This document shows, piece after piece, positions 25,515 to 38,015 of a DNA stretch of 64,000 nucleotides. Position 1 is the first letter of the stretch; the number at the start of each line of letters is the position of its first letter. The stretch comes from Chiloscyllium plagiosum (taxonomy: Eukaryota), in assembly GCF_004010195.1 (NCBI RefSeq), contig NC_057719.1, forward strand, positions 69,564,401 to 69,628,400. The letters run 5' to 3'. The notes below the pieces were generated by a model. It was given only the letters and a program-made list of their open reading frames with translations, was not told where the DNA came from and did no database searches. The position numbers and the translations under genes are program-made.

Positions 25515-27430
25515 GCCATGGAAGGAGAAGTAGGCCATTTGGTCCATCAAATCTGTTCCACCATTCAGTGAGATTGTGGCTGATCTGATAACCCTCAACT
25601 CCATTTTCCTGCCTGTGCCCCTTTACTCTAGATTCCCTTTACTGATTAAATATTTCATCTGTCAATCTCATACATAACGACCCAGGCTCTATAGCCATCT
25701 GAGGTGGGAAACACCTTACTCTGAGCCCATACCCTCTGGCCCTGGACTCTCCCACATGGGGAAATAATCACTGTTCTAAAGCCCTCTGCTGATGAATGCA
25801 GTCAATGGACAGGACAGGTAATGCTGTCTACATACAACAATCATATAAAATAGCAGATGGCATTAAAATTAACGTGCCTGCAACATAATAATCCATGTAC
25901 CAGGATCACATCATCCATTTCATCTACCATGTTATGCCTCTTGCAATTTTCAAAAGGTTGCCTCTCATTCCTCTAAACTCCAGTGAGTACAGGCCCAAAC
26001 TACTCAACCTCTTATTGATCCCTCTGTGCCCTCTGGTCTGGACTGCATCTTTCTTTAGCTAAAGGCACCAAATCTGTTCGTAATGGTTGAACTAGTGCCT
26101 TGTATTGTTTCAGCAAGATATCCCATTTTATATTCCACCATTTTCTTCTTTCCCTGCTTTTTATTTTACTTTAACCTTACTAACCTTCCGTGGAGAGCTC
26201 AGATGTTATCAAGGTGACCAGTGGGTCGGGGCAAGGTTTATTTCCTGATGGCTGCAGCAGCAGACGGAGGTGCGTATGTGCTCCAGGTGATGGCAGAGGG
26301 AGGTGAGTTTGCGCCCAGTACCTGGTGTGGGATCTGGAAGTTTCAGCAACAGCTGCATTGCTGCAAATGGTCCAGTGCAGCCTCAAGGTGGTGGCAGCAT
26401 TAGTCGAGACAAGATGGCGCCAAAGAATGGCAACATGGTTCTGCGGTGGCAGCGCAGCAATGGGATTCGAGGCTGCCCAACTCCTTCACGTTGGTGGTGG
26501 TCTCAGTGTCGGGGTGGGCGAGCACAGATCCAGGCCCATAGCTATGAATTTAAGAAAGATTGTAATGTTGAATTTTTGACTTTAATTCTGTATTTTTCCA
26601 CTTTATATATTTTACCTAAGTACCTTTGCAGCTAAGATGACAGCAGAGAATAGTGACTTGGTACATTTTTCTCTGTACCCCGTATTGCTGTCACACCACT
26701 TGTTCCAGGTTGCCATCTTCAAAATACCCACTGACCCCCGTGCTCTGTCTTCTGGTCAACTTGCTATCCATATGAATATACTACCCACAACACCATGGAC
26801 TCTTACCTTATTAAGTAGTCTATTTTATGGTACCTCATCAAAAACCTTCTGGAAGTCAAAATCTATTATATCTATTGCTTTTTATTTAACTACCCTACTT
26901 GTTACTTCCTCAAATAAACTTAATTTTTTTTCCCCTTCATGATGGCTCTGCTTGCTTGTATTATTCATGTCTAATGATGTGCTGTTATATCCTTTACAAT
27001 AGAGTGTAACATTTTCCCAATGACAGATGTTAAGCTAAATAGCCTGTGTTTTTGTCTCCCAGTCTTTTTGAATAAGGACTTTACATTGGCAGTTTTCCAA
27101 TACTCTGGGGCTTTATCCAGAATCTGTGGATTCTTAAAAGATTATAACTAGTCAATCCATTATCATTATTTTGTAACTACTTCTTTAAAATTCTGGGACA
27201 CAACCCATCAAATGTAGGCTTTTAGCTCTCTTGCTGCTCTAGTAATTTATTCCTCCAATGATAGATTTGTATTAATTTCCTTCCAAACTTTTGCTATTTA
27301 CAGCATTTATTTAATGTTTTTGGAAACTTATTTGTGTATTCTATTGTGCAGACTGAATCAAAGTATTTATTAAGCTCCTCTGCCATTTCCTGGTTCCTCA
27401 TTATATTTCCCAGCCTTTATCTTTGAGGGC
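25515..27430 (-). mobile_element. Old fragmented CR1 (3' UTR to RT) with later insertions
   Basis: Minus-strand CR1 3' UTR at 25515-25770 and RT pieces at 25920-26140 and 26700-27430 (DFQK.FDEVP). Confidence 0.7.
26180..26690 (+). repeat. GC-rich unclassified interspersed insert inside a CR1
   Basis: Abrupt GC-rich block with CAAGATGGCG (YY1-like) at ~26410 and a T-rich 3' part. It interrupts the minus-strand CR1. Confidence 0.4.
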
Positions 27431-28854
27431 GTTATGTTCATATTCGCATTCCTCCTCTTTTTAAAATAATTTTCATAATTTTCTGTCTTTGTTTTACAAC
27501 TTAAGGAATTGTATTGCCTGGTTGCAAAATGCTGTGTGATTGTATGGAGAAAGCTACTACACAAGATTTTTTGCTCATACTGATACTTAGAAGCCTGCTC
27601 TAATTCAGATTTATAAGTGTTTTGAGAGTGTGCAATTGCAGGATGTTATGTGCATGAATAAGGCTGATACTTGTCTAAGATTTATAGACTTCCATCACTA
27701 GTGTAATTCTTTACATTGACATTTTTAGACTTAGTGACAAAGAACCTCAAATTAAAAAAATAAGCACAATCCTTTGCCAAGTAAAATGCTGGAGTTAATC
27801 AACAACTTTAATAAAACTAACAGCTAAAACCCAGAACTGCTGTCAAATGTTAAAACAAGCAAACTTCAAAATCTGCTATAAATGAATTCACCTCAACCCC
27901 TCATTTAAAGTGTAAAAGGATTTATAATACGCGAAAGTTTCACCTATGATTTCAGCCAGAAAATATGCAAGTGTCCAAAACATACCAGAAAATAACAGGA
28001 AACTGGATGATAAAAAGAGAGACACATCAAAAGTTGAATTAAAATCCAAATGAGACAGGCCAGTAATCCTATCTGACTAACAAGCTCTAATGCTGCTAAT
28101 GGCAGGAATCAAAAATGACGTAGCTACTAACTAAAAGGGAAATAAAGGAGTATGAAGCAGTTACATTAAGTACACAACTTTCAAGAAACAGGAATGTGCT
28201 CACAAAAGTCATGCAAAGGACATAGTACACTGCATCTTGGAAGTTCAACATTTTCTTTGCTCAGGAAGATTAAAGAAATTAAAGAAGCCTTTCAGCATTT
28301 TGTTGTTGACCACTGTTCACCACTGACAAGCACAGCACACAACCTTGAAGCGACAGCCTTCCCATAATGTTTTCATCTGCTATCAAGTCTATTCCAGTTA
28401 GTAATGATTGCCTTTTACTGAAGCTGCTGAAATAGAGGCAGCAGCTTAAATGCTATCAGTGAAATCAAATGTCAGAAACCATAAACGAACAGCTTAACAT
28501 GGTTATAAATTTATGAATGTCACTGACTACAAGATTCTTTTAAATGTCGGATCATTAATTGATATAAAATGGTGCAAGTAGTTTTGTGAAACTTCTCCAC
28601 TCCTCAGCACGGGTGAATAGTACAAAAATCAAAGGATTTTTGTTTATCTAGCATCTTTTTGTGATTTTGACTGTTCTGTCATTGTACAATGTTCATCATC
28701 AACAACATTGTTAGCTGTACCTTGATTTAAACTTGACTTTGCCTCAGGGTTACAAATTTCCAAGCTGGGATCTGAACCTTAGCCTTTGATGTACCTTGTC
28801 CCACTTGACTTGCTCCCTCCCAGGTCCATGGCTTCTTGTACTTTCAAGTATCTG

Positions 28855-29315
28855 ATAGAACCACAGAATCATACAGCAAGGAAACAGATCCTTTAGTCCA
28901 ACCTGCCTGCACTGACCAGATATCCTAAATTAATCTAGTCCCATTTGCCAGCATTTGGCCCATATCCCTCTAAACCCTTCCTATTCATATAGATGCCTTT
29001 TAATTGTTGTAATTATACCAGCATCCACCACTTCCTCTGGCAACTCCAACCACACATGCAACTCTGTGTGAAAAAGTTGCCCCTCATGTTTCTTTTCAAT
29101 CTTTCCCCTCCCACCCTAAACCTGTACCCTCTAGTTTGGACTCCTCTGCCCCAGGGAAAAGACTTGGTCTATTTACCCTGTCCATGCCCCTCATGATTTT
29201 ATAAACCTCTATAAAGTGACCTTTCAGCCTCTGATGCTCCAGGGAAGAAAACCTATTCAGCTTCTTCCTACAGTTCAAACTCTCCGATCCTGGCCAAGTC
29301 CTTGTAAATTTTTTC
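28855..29315 (-). mobile_element. CR1 3' fragment
   Basis: FSSLEHQRLKG.FIEVYKIMRGMDRVN followed by the 3' UTR. Confidence 0.9.
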
Positions 29316-29339
29316 CAATAAGGGAAGTAAATTTAAGAT

Positions 29340-30155
29340 ATGGCAGTGCAGCTGGGCTGAATAAAATGTGTAACCTCCAATAAATGAAGTCATGGATGCT
29401 ACCAATGTCCGAGATGATCAGACATGCAGGAAGTGCTGTCAGTTGCAGAAACTTGGTTTCTGGGTTTCAGAACTCGAATGGTGTTGGAGTCACATCCATG
29501 AGGCTGAGAGCTACATAAGATAGCTCAGATAGGTAGTCACACCACAGCTTCAGAGTCTGGAGGCAGAAAGGGAATGGCTGACCGCCAAGCAATCCAAAAG
29601 GAGCAGACAGGTAGTGCAGGAATCCCATGGGCTCTTGCTCACAAATTGGTATCATGTTTCAGAAACTGGCGAGAAAGCTAGTTCCTCAGGGGAATACAGT
29701 CAGAGCTAAGTTTGTGGCACCTTGGAAGTTCAGGAAGGAAAGACAAAGATAGGAGTGGGTGGTGGTTGGTTAAGGAGAGCATTGCAAAGCTGGAGGAAGA
29801 GGATGTTTGGAAGGTTCAAAGAGTCAACTTGGCCATAGGTAAGGAATAAAAAAAGATTACATTTGTCAGTGTGGTCTGTAGCTAGTCAGACAGATGTGGA
29901 GGAACAAATCTGCATGGAAGTTATAGACAGATGCCAATATGATAGAATAGTTATGATAATGGACTTAACTATCCAAATGTAGACTATGACAGTGGTTGCA
30001 TAAAGGACAGAGAGAGGCAAAAGCACCTATGTTCAGGAAAAGTTCCTATGTCAAAATGAGTCCAGTCCACCAAGAAATGGTGTAATGTTGGAGCAGGATG
30101 TATAGTTGGATGTACCAGTTCTTGGAAATAAGTTGGCCCAAGAGGATCAAGTGTC
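29340..30155 (+). mobile_element. Decayed CR1 ORF1 / endonuclease fragment
   Basis: CRKCCQLQKLGFWVSELE resembles the CR1 ORF1 zinc finger/leucine zipper. Later sequence shows endonuclease remnants. Confidence 0.6.
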
Positions 30156-31034
30156 AGATTGCAAAAACATAGCTAGAAACAGCATTAGTTGTGAAGGTAG
30201 CAACATCTATGCCTTAAAACAGTTAGCTGCAATATCATAAGCTCCCTAAGCTTGTTCATTTCAAGACTACCAGTACAGAAAACTGTCCCCCTAATAATAA
30301 AACTACATAACTCACTCTGTGACTTTGAAAAATCCACCTCCTGAAGGGAATCTGCAAAAACTTTGAGATACAACTTTGGTTATTGAATTCATCTAACCAC
30401 ATTTCAATTATAGCAAAGAACCATTACCTCATTAAACTGCATTGGCACAAGTCAACTATGTGACTTATGAACTATTAATTTTGTAACATGCAGAAGAGCG
30501 CAATGCTGTTTAACTATATTTTCTTTAAGTGTGTGTCTGTCATGGCAGAGAGACTTGACATTAGATTTTTAGGCTGAGTATATGAACTCATAGTCCTTTT
30601 TATTGAAATCCATGTAAATCTTGTTGTTGGTTAAATTGATGATAGACACAGAGGTTTAGAAATACATTCATCTTACTTTTCAAAAACACATTGATTATGG
30701 ACAGCGAAGAAAGAGAAAAAGCAGTTTTAGTTCTCTTTCATCCTTGTCCAAAATTGAATACCACATGAGAAAGGACACAATCATTGTCAAGTCAATTCTG
30801 TTGATTGAGGCATTGTCACATTTTTGAGGTTCTGTGTCATAATGCCTTGACCAATTGTAGCCAGCTTTCCAACTAATCATCATCCTTTCTTCATGGCAAT
30901 ATAAATTGTAGCTCCTTTTGAAATTTAGCATTGTTTCTATCCTGACAAGTACAAGATGAAAAATGTTTTTCATACGACATTAGTTCTGCACCACGAAGTG
31001 AATATACGTCCTTTATCTTGATTTTTTTTTCCTT

Positions 31035-31363
31035 CATAGAATCCCTGCAGTGTGGAAACAGGCCAACCGACCCAACAAGTCCACACCAACTCCCCAAAGA
31101 GTAACCCACCCAGGCCCATTCCCCTATCCTATATTTACCCCTGACCAATGCACCTAACCTGCGCATCCCTGAACACTATGTGCAATTTAGCCTGGCCAAT
31201 TCATCTAACCTGCACATCTTTGAATAGTGGGAAGAAACCAGAGCATCTGAAGGAAACTCACAGACACAGGGAGAATGTGCAAACTCCACACAGACAGTCA
31301 TCCAAGGCTAGAACTGAACCTGGGTCTCTGGCACTATGAGGCAGTAGTACTAATCAGTGAGCC
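31035..31363 (-). mobile_element. HE1-type tRNA-derived SINE
   Basis: tRNA head on the minus strand, a core gtggagtttgcacattctccctgtgtctg, and a CR1-like 3' tail. Confidence 0.85.
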
Positions 31364-32517
31364 TAATTTTATATCTTATATTCTTTTGTGTGAGCATCCT
31401 TGACTCATTGATATTCCAGTTTTGAACTAATTGTTCTTTCTTATACAATCAAAGAATTGCAACTCTCATCAGTGATTTTGTTGTACACATTTTGGAATGC
31501 TTTCTATAAATTAGGTTAATTTTGTCATTTTCTTAATGCTTCTTAAAACTGCAGAGTTCTTTTTGTGTAGCTCATGACATTTGTAACGGAAATAAACAGT
31601 AACTCGAATTCAATTGTTCTGTTCAGAAACTTTGTGGTTCAATTTTTGGCATGGAGAAGTATTTCAAGCTATGCAGTTAATTTGAATAAGAATGTTAAAC
31701 ACCTCAGCCTGGACGTTACTCACCATAGCGTGACATTTCCCATTAAGATCAAGCTCTATAACAGAAACTTGGCTACGATCAACTGACTGCTCACAATTAA
31801 TATAGTCCATGTTTTGTTCTGTGAAATGATGATAATGGTTACTAATTTTGCACACTGAATTCTACTGCTCATTAAAGCAAAATGAAAGGAGATTTACCAA
31901 TCGCTTATTTCTTTCTTTCAAACTTGATTTCTTTCTTTGATGATGTAAAGGCAAACAGTAATTATTGCCTTTCACTATGACTGTCCATTCAGTTGATTAG
32001 TGGCAAATGCAAATGCTACTAGATCATTTTAAATTGGTGGAATTGCTGACCTCAAGTTGGAAACATTACCTTTCCTTTTGTCTACATTGTATGACTGTCA
32101 AAACTGTAGGCTGATACGTTTGTACAGAATCATCCAAATGACCTCTGAATTTTCATAATCAGTGATTAAGTGGATAGTGTTGGGAACACATATTTATGTT
32201 CAATGATTACATGAAAAAGTGGAAGATATTGAACAATGGCCATTTTCTGGCTTGAAAAGGGTTTGCCATGTAGTTTTATTAAGGAAAGAAGTCAACAGTT
32301 TAATATATGCTTCAAGATCTCTGCTGTTTGCCATTTTGTGTTGGTCGAGTGTCTGTGTTAGGGGTTATGGGGACATAGTTTTACTTTGGATCATATCTTA
32401 GATGCTAAATTGTGTTTGCCACATATTTAAGTAATAAGTTTTGTTTCTAATAAATGGATTATTTTGATTTCTTGAGAGAAGCCTACTAAAAATATTATTC
32501 AGGATAGTCAATTGCAC

Positions 32518-33660
32518 AGTCATAGAGTTTTACAACAGCATTAAAAAAGGCTTTTAGCCCATTGGGTCCATACCGGTCTTCATGCATTTATCTACTCTAA
32601 TCCCAATTTCTAGACCATAATCTTTCATGCTATGGCATTTCAAGTGATCATCTAAATACTTCTTAAATATTGTGAGCGTTATCACCATTTCAATCAGTGA
32701 GCTTCAGATACTACCCACCCTTAATTTGAGAAGGGTTTTCCTCAAATACTTCCCTGCCCCACACCTTACACCTATGGGGAAGAGTTTCTTCTTACATACC
32801 TTATCGATGTCCCCATCGTCCACCTCAATCAGATTCCCTGCTCAGCCTGATCTAAGAAAAATGCCAGCTTATCTAGCCATAGTGTAAATGCACCAGCCCA
32901 GGCAACATCCTTGTGAATCTCCTTTGCACCCTCTCTAGTGCAATCACATCCTTCCTATTCTACAGCAAACAAAACTGCACACAGATCTCCATCTGTGGCC
33001 TAACTGACTTTTTGCACAGCTCCATCATAACCTCCCTCCTCTGTATTCAATTCCTGGAGTAATAAAGAAAAATATCTAATTTGCCTTCATAACTACTTTA
33101 TCTACCTGTTGTGTTGCTTTCAAAGATCTACAGACATGCACATTGAGGTCTCTCTGATCCTCTGCACTTCCTAGGGTATTACTATTCATTGTGTTCACTA
33201 GTGCCATGTTCATCCTCTCAAAATGCACCACCCAACGCTTTTCAGATTCAAAATCCATTTGCCATTGCTTAACCCATTTGACCAGACTTATGCCCGAAAC
33301 GTCGATTCTCCTGTTCCCTGGATGCTGCCTGACCTGCTGCGCTTTTCCAGCAACACATTTTCAGCTCTGATCTCCAGCATCTGCAGACCTCACTTTCTCC
33401 CCTAACCCATTTGACCAGCCTGTCCATATCATCCTACAATCTAAGGTTTTCTTTCTCATTATATACCACACTTTCAATGTTCAATCCATCTGTGAATTTA
33501 ATGTTCATATCTCCTACATTTATGTCTAGATCATTAACGTACACACCAAGCAGCAAAGGACCCAACTCCGAACCCGCAGTACGCCAGTCTAGTCACCTCC
33601 TGCTACTAAATCAACTTTGGAACAAGTTATCGTAAATCCTGGGGCCTCTTGCCTTCGCCC
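32518..33660 (-). mobile_element. Old CR1 fragment
   Basis: LGSAEDQRDLNVHVCRSLKATQQVDKVV, with a 3' UTR at the left end. Confidence 0.8.
33286..33402 (+). mobile_element. Penelope terminal-repeat mini-insert with 16-bp TSD
   Basis: TSD taacccatttgaccag at 33270-33285 and 33403-33418. The insert starts inside the hammerhead (cttatgcccgaaacgtc) and ends ctcactttctcc. Confidence 0.9.
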
Positions 33661-33790
33661 TTCAACTCACATCCACTAAGTCACTCAGATTCTCCCATTC
33701 CTATTCATTGCTGTATACACACACACACACCCACCCCCTACAACTTACCTACCTATGCTTTTCTTCCTCAACCTGTCTTCTATTCTTTGT

Positions 33791-33999
33791 GGAGGAAGTG
33801 AGGTCTGCAGATGCTGGAGATCAGAGCTGAAAATGTGTTGCTGGAAAAGCGCCAGGCAGCATCCAGGGAACAGGAGAATCGACGTTTCGGGCATAAGCTC
33901 TTCTTCAGGAATGAAGATCAGGCAGCATGCAGGTCAGGCAGCATCCTGTTCCCTGGATGCTGCCTGACCTGCTGCGCTTTTCCAGCAACACATTTTCAG
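33791..33999. mobile_element. Penelope fold-back mini-element with 13-bp TSD
   Basis: TSD ttctattctttgt at 33778-33790 and 34000-34012. Inverted arms, with a minus-strand hammerhead at 33878-33912. Confidence 0.9.
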
Positions 34000-34218
34000 T
34001 TCTATTCTTTGTCCCAAATTGGATTTCTCCACATTGCCCAGCGGGGAAGATATGGAGCAGAGAGAAGTGGCTGTCAGTTTTATAAAAGAAGAAATTTCAT
34101 GATTGGCTTCTTAAAAAAAAAGACCTGCTTGATCAATTGCACTGAAATAGCACTGAGTTTTCTGTTGGGGTAAAAACACGCTTAAAAACACATCTCTCCA
34201 CGCTTCAGGCTTACTGCC

Positions 34219-34317
34219 TTTATTCCTGATGAAGGGCTTTTGCCAGAAATGTCAATTTCGCTGCTCCTTGGATGCTGCCTGAACTGCTGTGCTCTTCCAG
34301 CACCACTAATCCAGAAT
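34219..34317 (+). mobile_element. Penelope terminal-repeat fragment with decayed hammerhead
   Basis: attcCTGATGAagggcttttgccaGAAAtgtc followed by ggatgctgcctgaactgctgtgctcttccagc. Confidence 0.8.
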
Positions 34318-34569
34318 GAGTTTACTGTTTCTAACATTTGGGGCTATTTCATAGATTTCTGGCCAGTCAGATTGAAAGCACTTGGAACTGTTGAGGAACC
34401 AAACTAACTGTCTCACCAAAAGCTCCGTTTCTTTCAAACTGTCTGGCTGGAAAACCATGAAGTTGTCTGAAGCCCTGTAGCAGCTTACCAAAGTGACCAT
34501 CAGTGAAATTGACAGTTTAGTTCATTTCAAGTGGGGAGTTTCAGAAGTTTCCATCACCAAAATCAAATA

Positions 34570-35100
34570 CTGTTACAAAAGTTACCTGTAATCAACTTGA
34601 AGTAGAAACATTATCATGGATTGTGACATATAATTCAACCATGAATCTTCCAAAAGAATCTCCACAAAGAGAGGTTTGCTTATGCATGGATTATAAATTG
34701 TAAGCCATTGGCGTATAGTCTCATTTTGGGGCTTTGCTATGTGCTGCCAGGGCTTCTATAAAAGAAAAGAGGGAATTGGATTTGTACGTGGGATCATGGC
34801 TTATGCAGGTTAAAAATGATTTAGCACTTGTGTTAATGGGAGAGAAATGCAGCACTGAAAAATGAACCTTGGATATCCATTGAGATTTCTGTGTACTCAG
34901 ATGAATGGGTGTTCTCAGCTTCAGCCAAGTTGAACATCTCCTCCTGTAATGATGTGAGAAGTCTCAGGTCTGTCTACAAGCAGCATGAATATCACAAAAT
35001 CCTGACAGCGGCGAATGCTTCTGCCTTCACAATTCTACAAAATGGATGCCAGCTGCGTAAGTAATGAAGAGCAGAAAGTTGTGTGAAAACAATTGACATA
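34570..35100 (+). mobile_element. Very old RTE-like LINE relic
   Basis: Weak motifs in RTE order: NQLEVE, GSWL, LDIH*DF, EWVFS, NPDSGE...KW. Confidence 0.4.
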
Positions 35101-36259
35101 TGCCATGGTGGACTGGCCATCATGAATCTCAGTGAGGAAACTGAGGAATGCATCAACAATCAACACCAGATGTTACAAAGATAAAGATAAATCTAAATGC
35201 TGCATATCTGAATAGATGGAACAAAGTAAACAAACTGATAGCACACATTGAAGCACATAAATACAATCTGATAGCAATTATGGAGACATGTCTTCAGGCT
35301 GACACAAATTAAGTCCTGAATACTAAGTTTGCAGAGACATTCAAGAAAAGCAGGAAGCTCAGCAAAGGTGGTGGGGACACTGTTAATCAAAATGACATTT
35401 GTTCAATAGTTAGAGAGGACCTTGATCCAAAAGGTCCAGATGCAGAATTGTTTGGGTGGATATGAGCAAGGTTGGAGAAAGAAGTCATTTGAGGCAGTGA
35501 TCTACAGGTTCCTGAACTGTAACCATAAAGAGAGACAAAGTGATGAAGGAAATGACAATAATCATGGGTGACTTTAATTCACATATAAGCTAGTCAAGTG
35601 ATTGGATGAAGGTTCATAGAATCCTTCCAAGATAGTTTCTTAGAGCAGCACATTCTGAATCCAAGCAGAGAGCTGGTTATATTAAACTCCGTATTGTGGA
35701 ATGCAGCAGGATTAATCAATGGCCTCAGAGTTAAGACACTTACTGGTAGCAGTGATATCGCTGTGATAGCACTGGTACAGCATGTGATCAAGAAGGCTAA
35801 TGGGATGTTATCCATTATTACGAGAGGAATTGAACATAACAGTAAGGATGTCATGCTTCATGGGTAATTGGAGAGATTGTATCCCAAATGTGCATGCAGT
35901 TTTGGTCTCCTCATTTCAGGAAGGATGTCAATGCATTGAAAGCTATTCAGATGAGATTTATGAGCTTGATACTTGGATGAGTGGGTTTGCTTATGAGGAC
36001 AAGCTGGGCTTGTTACCACTGGAGTTTAGAGGAATGAGGCTTGACATTATTGAAGTGTATATGATCCCGAATGGTTTAATAATACTGAAGAGTGTATAAG
36101 GTGAATATGAAAAGGATGTCTCCTCTTGTGGCTCAGTGCAGAACTTGGGGGGAGTGGGGATGGTGGGAGTCACTGAATTAAAATTGGAGGTTACACTTTC
36201 AGAACAGAGCTAAGGAGAAACATTTTCTTGCAGATGGTTATGACACTTTGGAACAGTGT

Positions 36260-36441
36260 TGAAACTTTATTGCTGGAACAGCACAGCAGGTCAGGCAGCA
36301 TCCAGGGATCAAAGTTGAAACTTTATTGCTGGAACAGCACAGCAGGTCAGGCAGCATCCCTGGATGCTGCCTGACCTGCTGTGCTGTTCCAGCAATAAAG
36401 TTTCAACTTTGATCTCCAGCATCTGCAGACCTCACTTTCTC
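36260..36441. mobile_element. Penelope fold-back mini-element with perfect 53-bp arms and 16-bp TSD
   Basis: TSD cactttggaacagtgt at 36244-36259 and 36442-36457. Arms at 36307-36359 and 36362-36414. Confidence 0.92.
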
Positions 36442-36515
36442 CACTTTGGAACAGTGTGCCTCAGAAAGTAGTGGATGCAGGGTCAATTAATATTTACAGG
36501 CTGGATAGATTCTTG

Positions 36516-36710
36516 GATGGAGACAAAAGAACTGCAGATGCTGGAATTCAGAGTAGACAAACAGGGGTCTGGAAGAACACAGCAAGCCAGACAGCATCAG
36601 GAGGAGGAGAAGTCAGGTCCTGACGAAGGGGTAATAACCAAAATGTTGACATTTCTAGCTCCTGATGCTGCCTGGCTTGCTGTGTTCTTCTAGCCTCTTG
36701 CTTGTCTACT
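36516..36710. mobile_element. Second-subfamily Penelope fold-back mini-element with 15-bp TSD
   Basis: TSD ctggatagattcttg at 36501-36515 and 36711-36725. Inverted arms, with a decayed hammerhead ctgacgaagggg at ~36620. Confidence 0.88.
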
Positions 36711-36954
36711 CTGGATAGATTCTTGCTGGACAGGGGAATTAAGGGATATTGGGGGCAGATGGGAAAGTGAATTTGAAACACAAACAGATTAGCCATGGTC
36801 TGATTGAATGGTAGGAGCAAACTGGCCTAATTTGAATGTTTGCAAACAAACTTTGTCAATGAATGGGAAAATTCATCCTGTAGTTCCATTTCAAATGAAG
36901 CTTATTTATTCCACACTGGTTTTACAAATTTCCACAGTCACACATACATACAGA

Positions 36955-37348
36955 CATGTGAGTGAGAAGATGGAGTAGGCTGCCTGGCCTTTAGAGATTG
37001 CTCCATCATTTAATAAGATCACTGCTGAGCCAATTGTAACCGCAACTCTACATTCCTTCCTATTCCCCTGACCATCTGTACCTTAAAAATATTCAAAGCC
37101 TCTGCTACCAATGTCTTTTGAAGCAAAGAGTTCCAAAGACCAAATGTTTTTCCGCCCCTCAGCCTTAAATGGGCACCACACTATTTTTAAATTTTAGATT
37201 CTCCCAGATTAATCATCCTTTTCAGATCTATCCAGTAAAGATCTTATATATTTCAATCAAGTCACTTCTCACTCTTCAAAATCCAGTGAATCTAGTCCAG
37301 CCTCGCCAAACTTGCTGGTATTCAGCCACTAAAACTTCCCTGAACTGC
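36955..37348 (-). mobile_element. Old CR1 3' fragment
   Basis: Minus-strand CR1 3' UTR (ggagtaggctgcctggcc...). Confidence 0.6.
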
Positions 37349-37412
37349 TAGTGGTATAGTGGTATTATCACTGGACTAGAATTTAGAACCTCAGTCTAAT
37401 GTTCAGGCACAT

Positions 37413-37982
37413 GGTCAGTACATTGAGTATAGGAGTTGAGCAGCCAAGTTGTGGAGGTCAATGTAGGTTCGGCCCACTGTTAGAATATTGTGTGCAGTTC
37501 TGGTCTCCCTCCTATCGGAAGGATGTTGTGAAACTTGAAAGGGTTCAGAAAAGATTTACAAGGATGTTGCCAGGGTTGGAGGATTTAAGCTATAGGGAGA
37601 GGCTGAATGGGCTGGGGTTGTTTTCCCTGGAGCATCGGAGGCTGAGGGGTGACCTAGTAGAGGTTTGTAAAATCATGAGGGGCATGGATAGGGTAAATAA
37701 ACAAGGTCTTTTCCCTGAGGTGGAGGAATTCAGAACTAGAGGGCATAGGTTTCGGGTGAAAGGGGAAAAATTTAAAAGGTACCTCAGGGGCAACTTTTTC
37801 ACACATATGCATGGAATGTGTTGCCAGAGGAAGTGGTGGAGGTTGGTACAATTACAACATTTAAAAGACATCTGGATGGCTATATGAATATGAAGGGTTG
37901 AGAGGGATATGAGCCAAATACTGGCAAAGGGGATTAGTTTAGGATATGGTTGGCATGGATGAGTTGGACTGAAGGGTCTGTT
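37413..37982 (+). mobile_element. CR1 3' fragment
   Basis: ORF 37399-37887 includes LEYCVQFWSP..LERVQKRFTRMLPG. Confidence 0.92.
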
Positions 37983-38015
37983 CCCATCATGACAGTTTGG
38001 TGACTTTTGAACTCA

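Larger units (their letters stand above)
35190..36830 (+). mobile_element. Internally deleted old CR1 hosting two PLE inserts
   Basis: Endonuclease motifs (YNLIAIMET, IMGDFN) fused to the RT C-terminus (KLGLLPLEFRGMR.DIIEVY) and 3' UTR. Confidence 0.8.

Noticed and set aside
34901..35056. Apparent 156-bp frame-preserving exon (ctcag|ATG...CTGC|gtaagt) with one open frame
   Set aside because: The acceptor is weak, I do not recognise the peptide, I found no partner exons, and it lies within what looks like an RTE LINE relic. Only spliced RNA-seq reads could rescue it as an exonisation.
33270..36725. CRISPR-like pattern of short direct repeats
   Set aside because: Each repeat occurs only as a unique pair around a PLE insert, so these are TSDs, and the context is eukaryotic.
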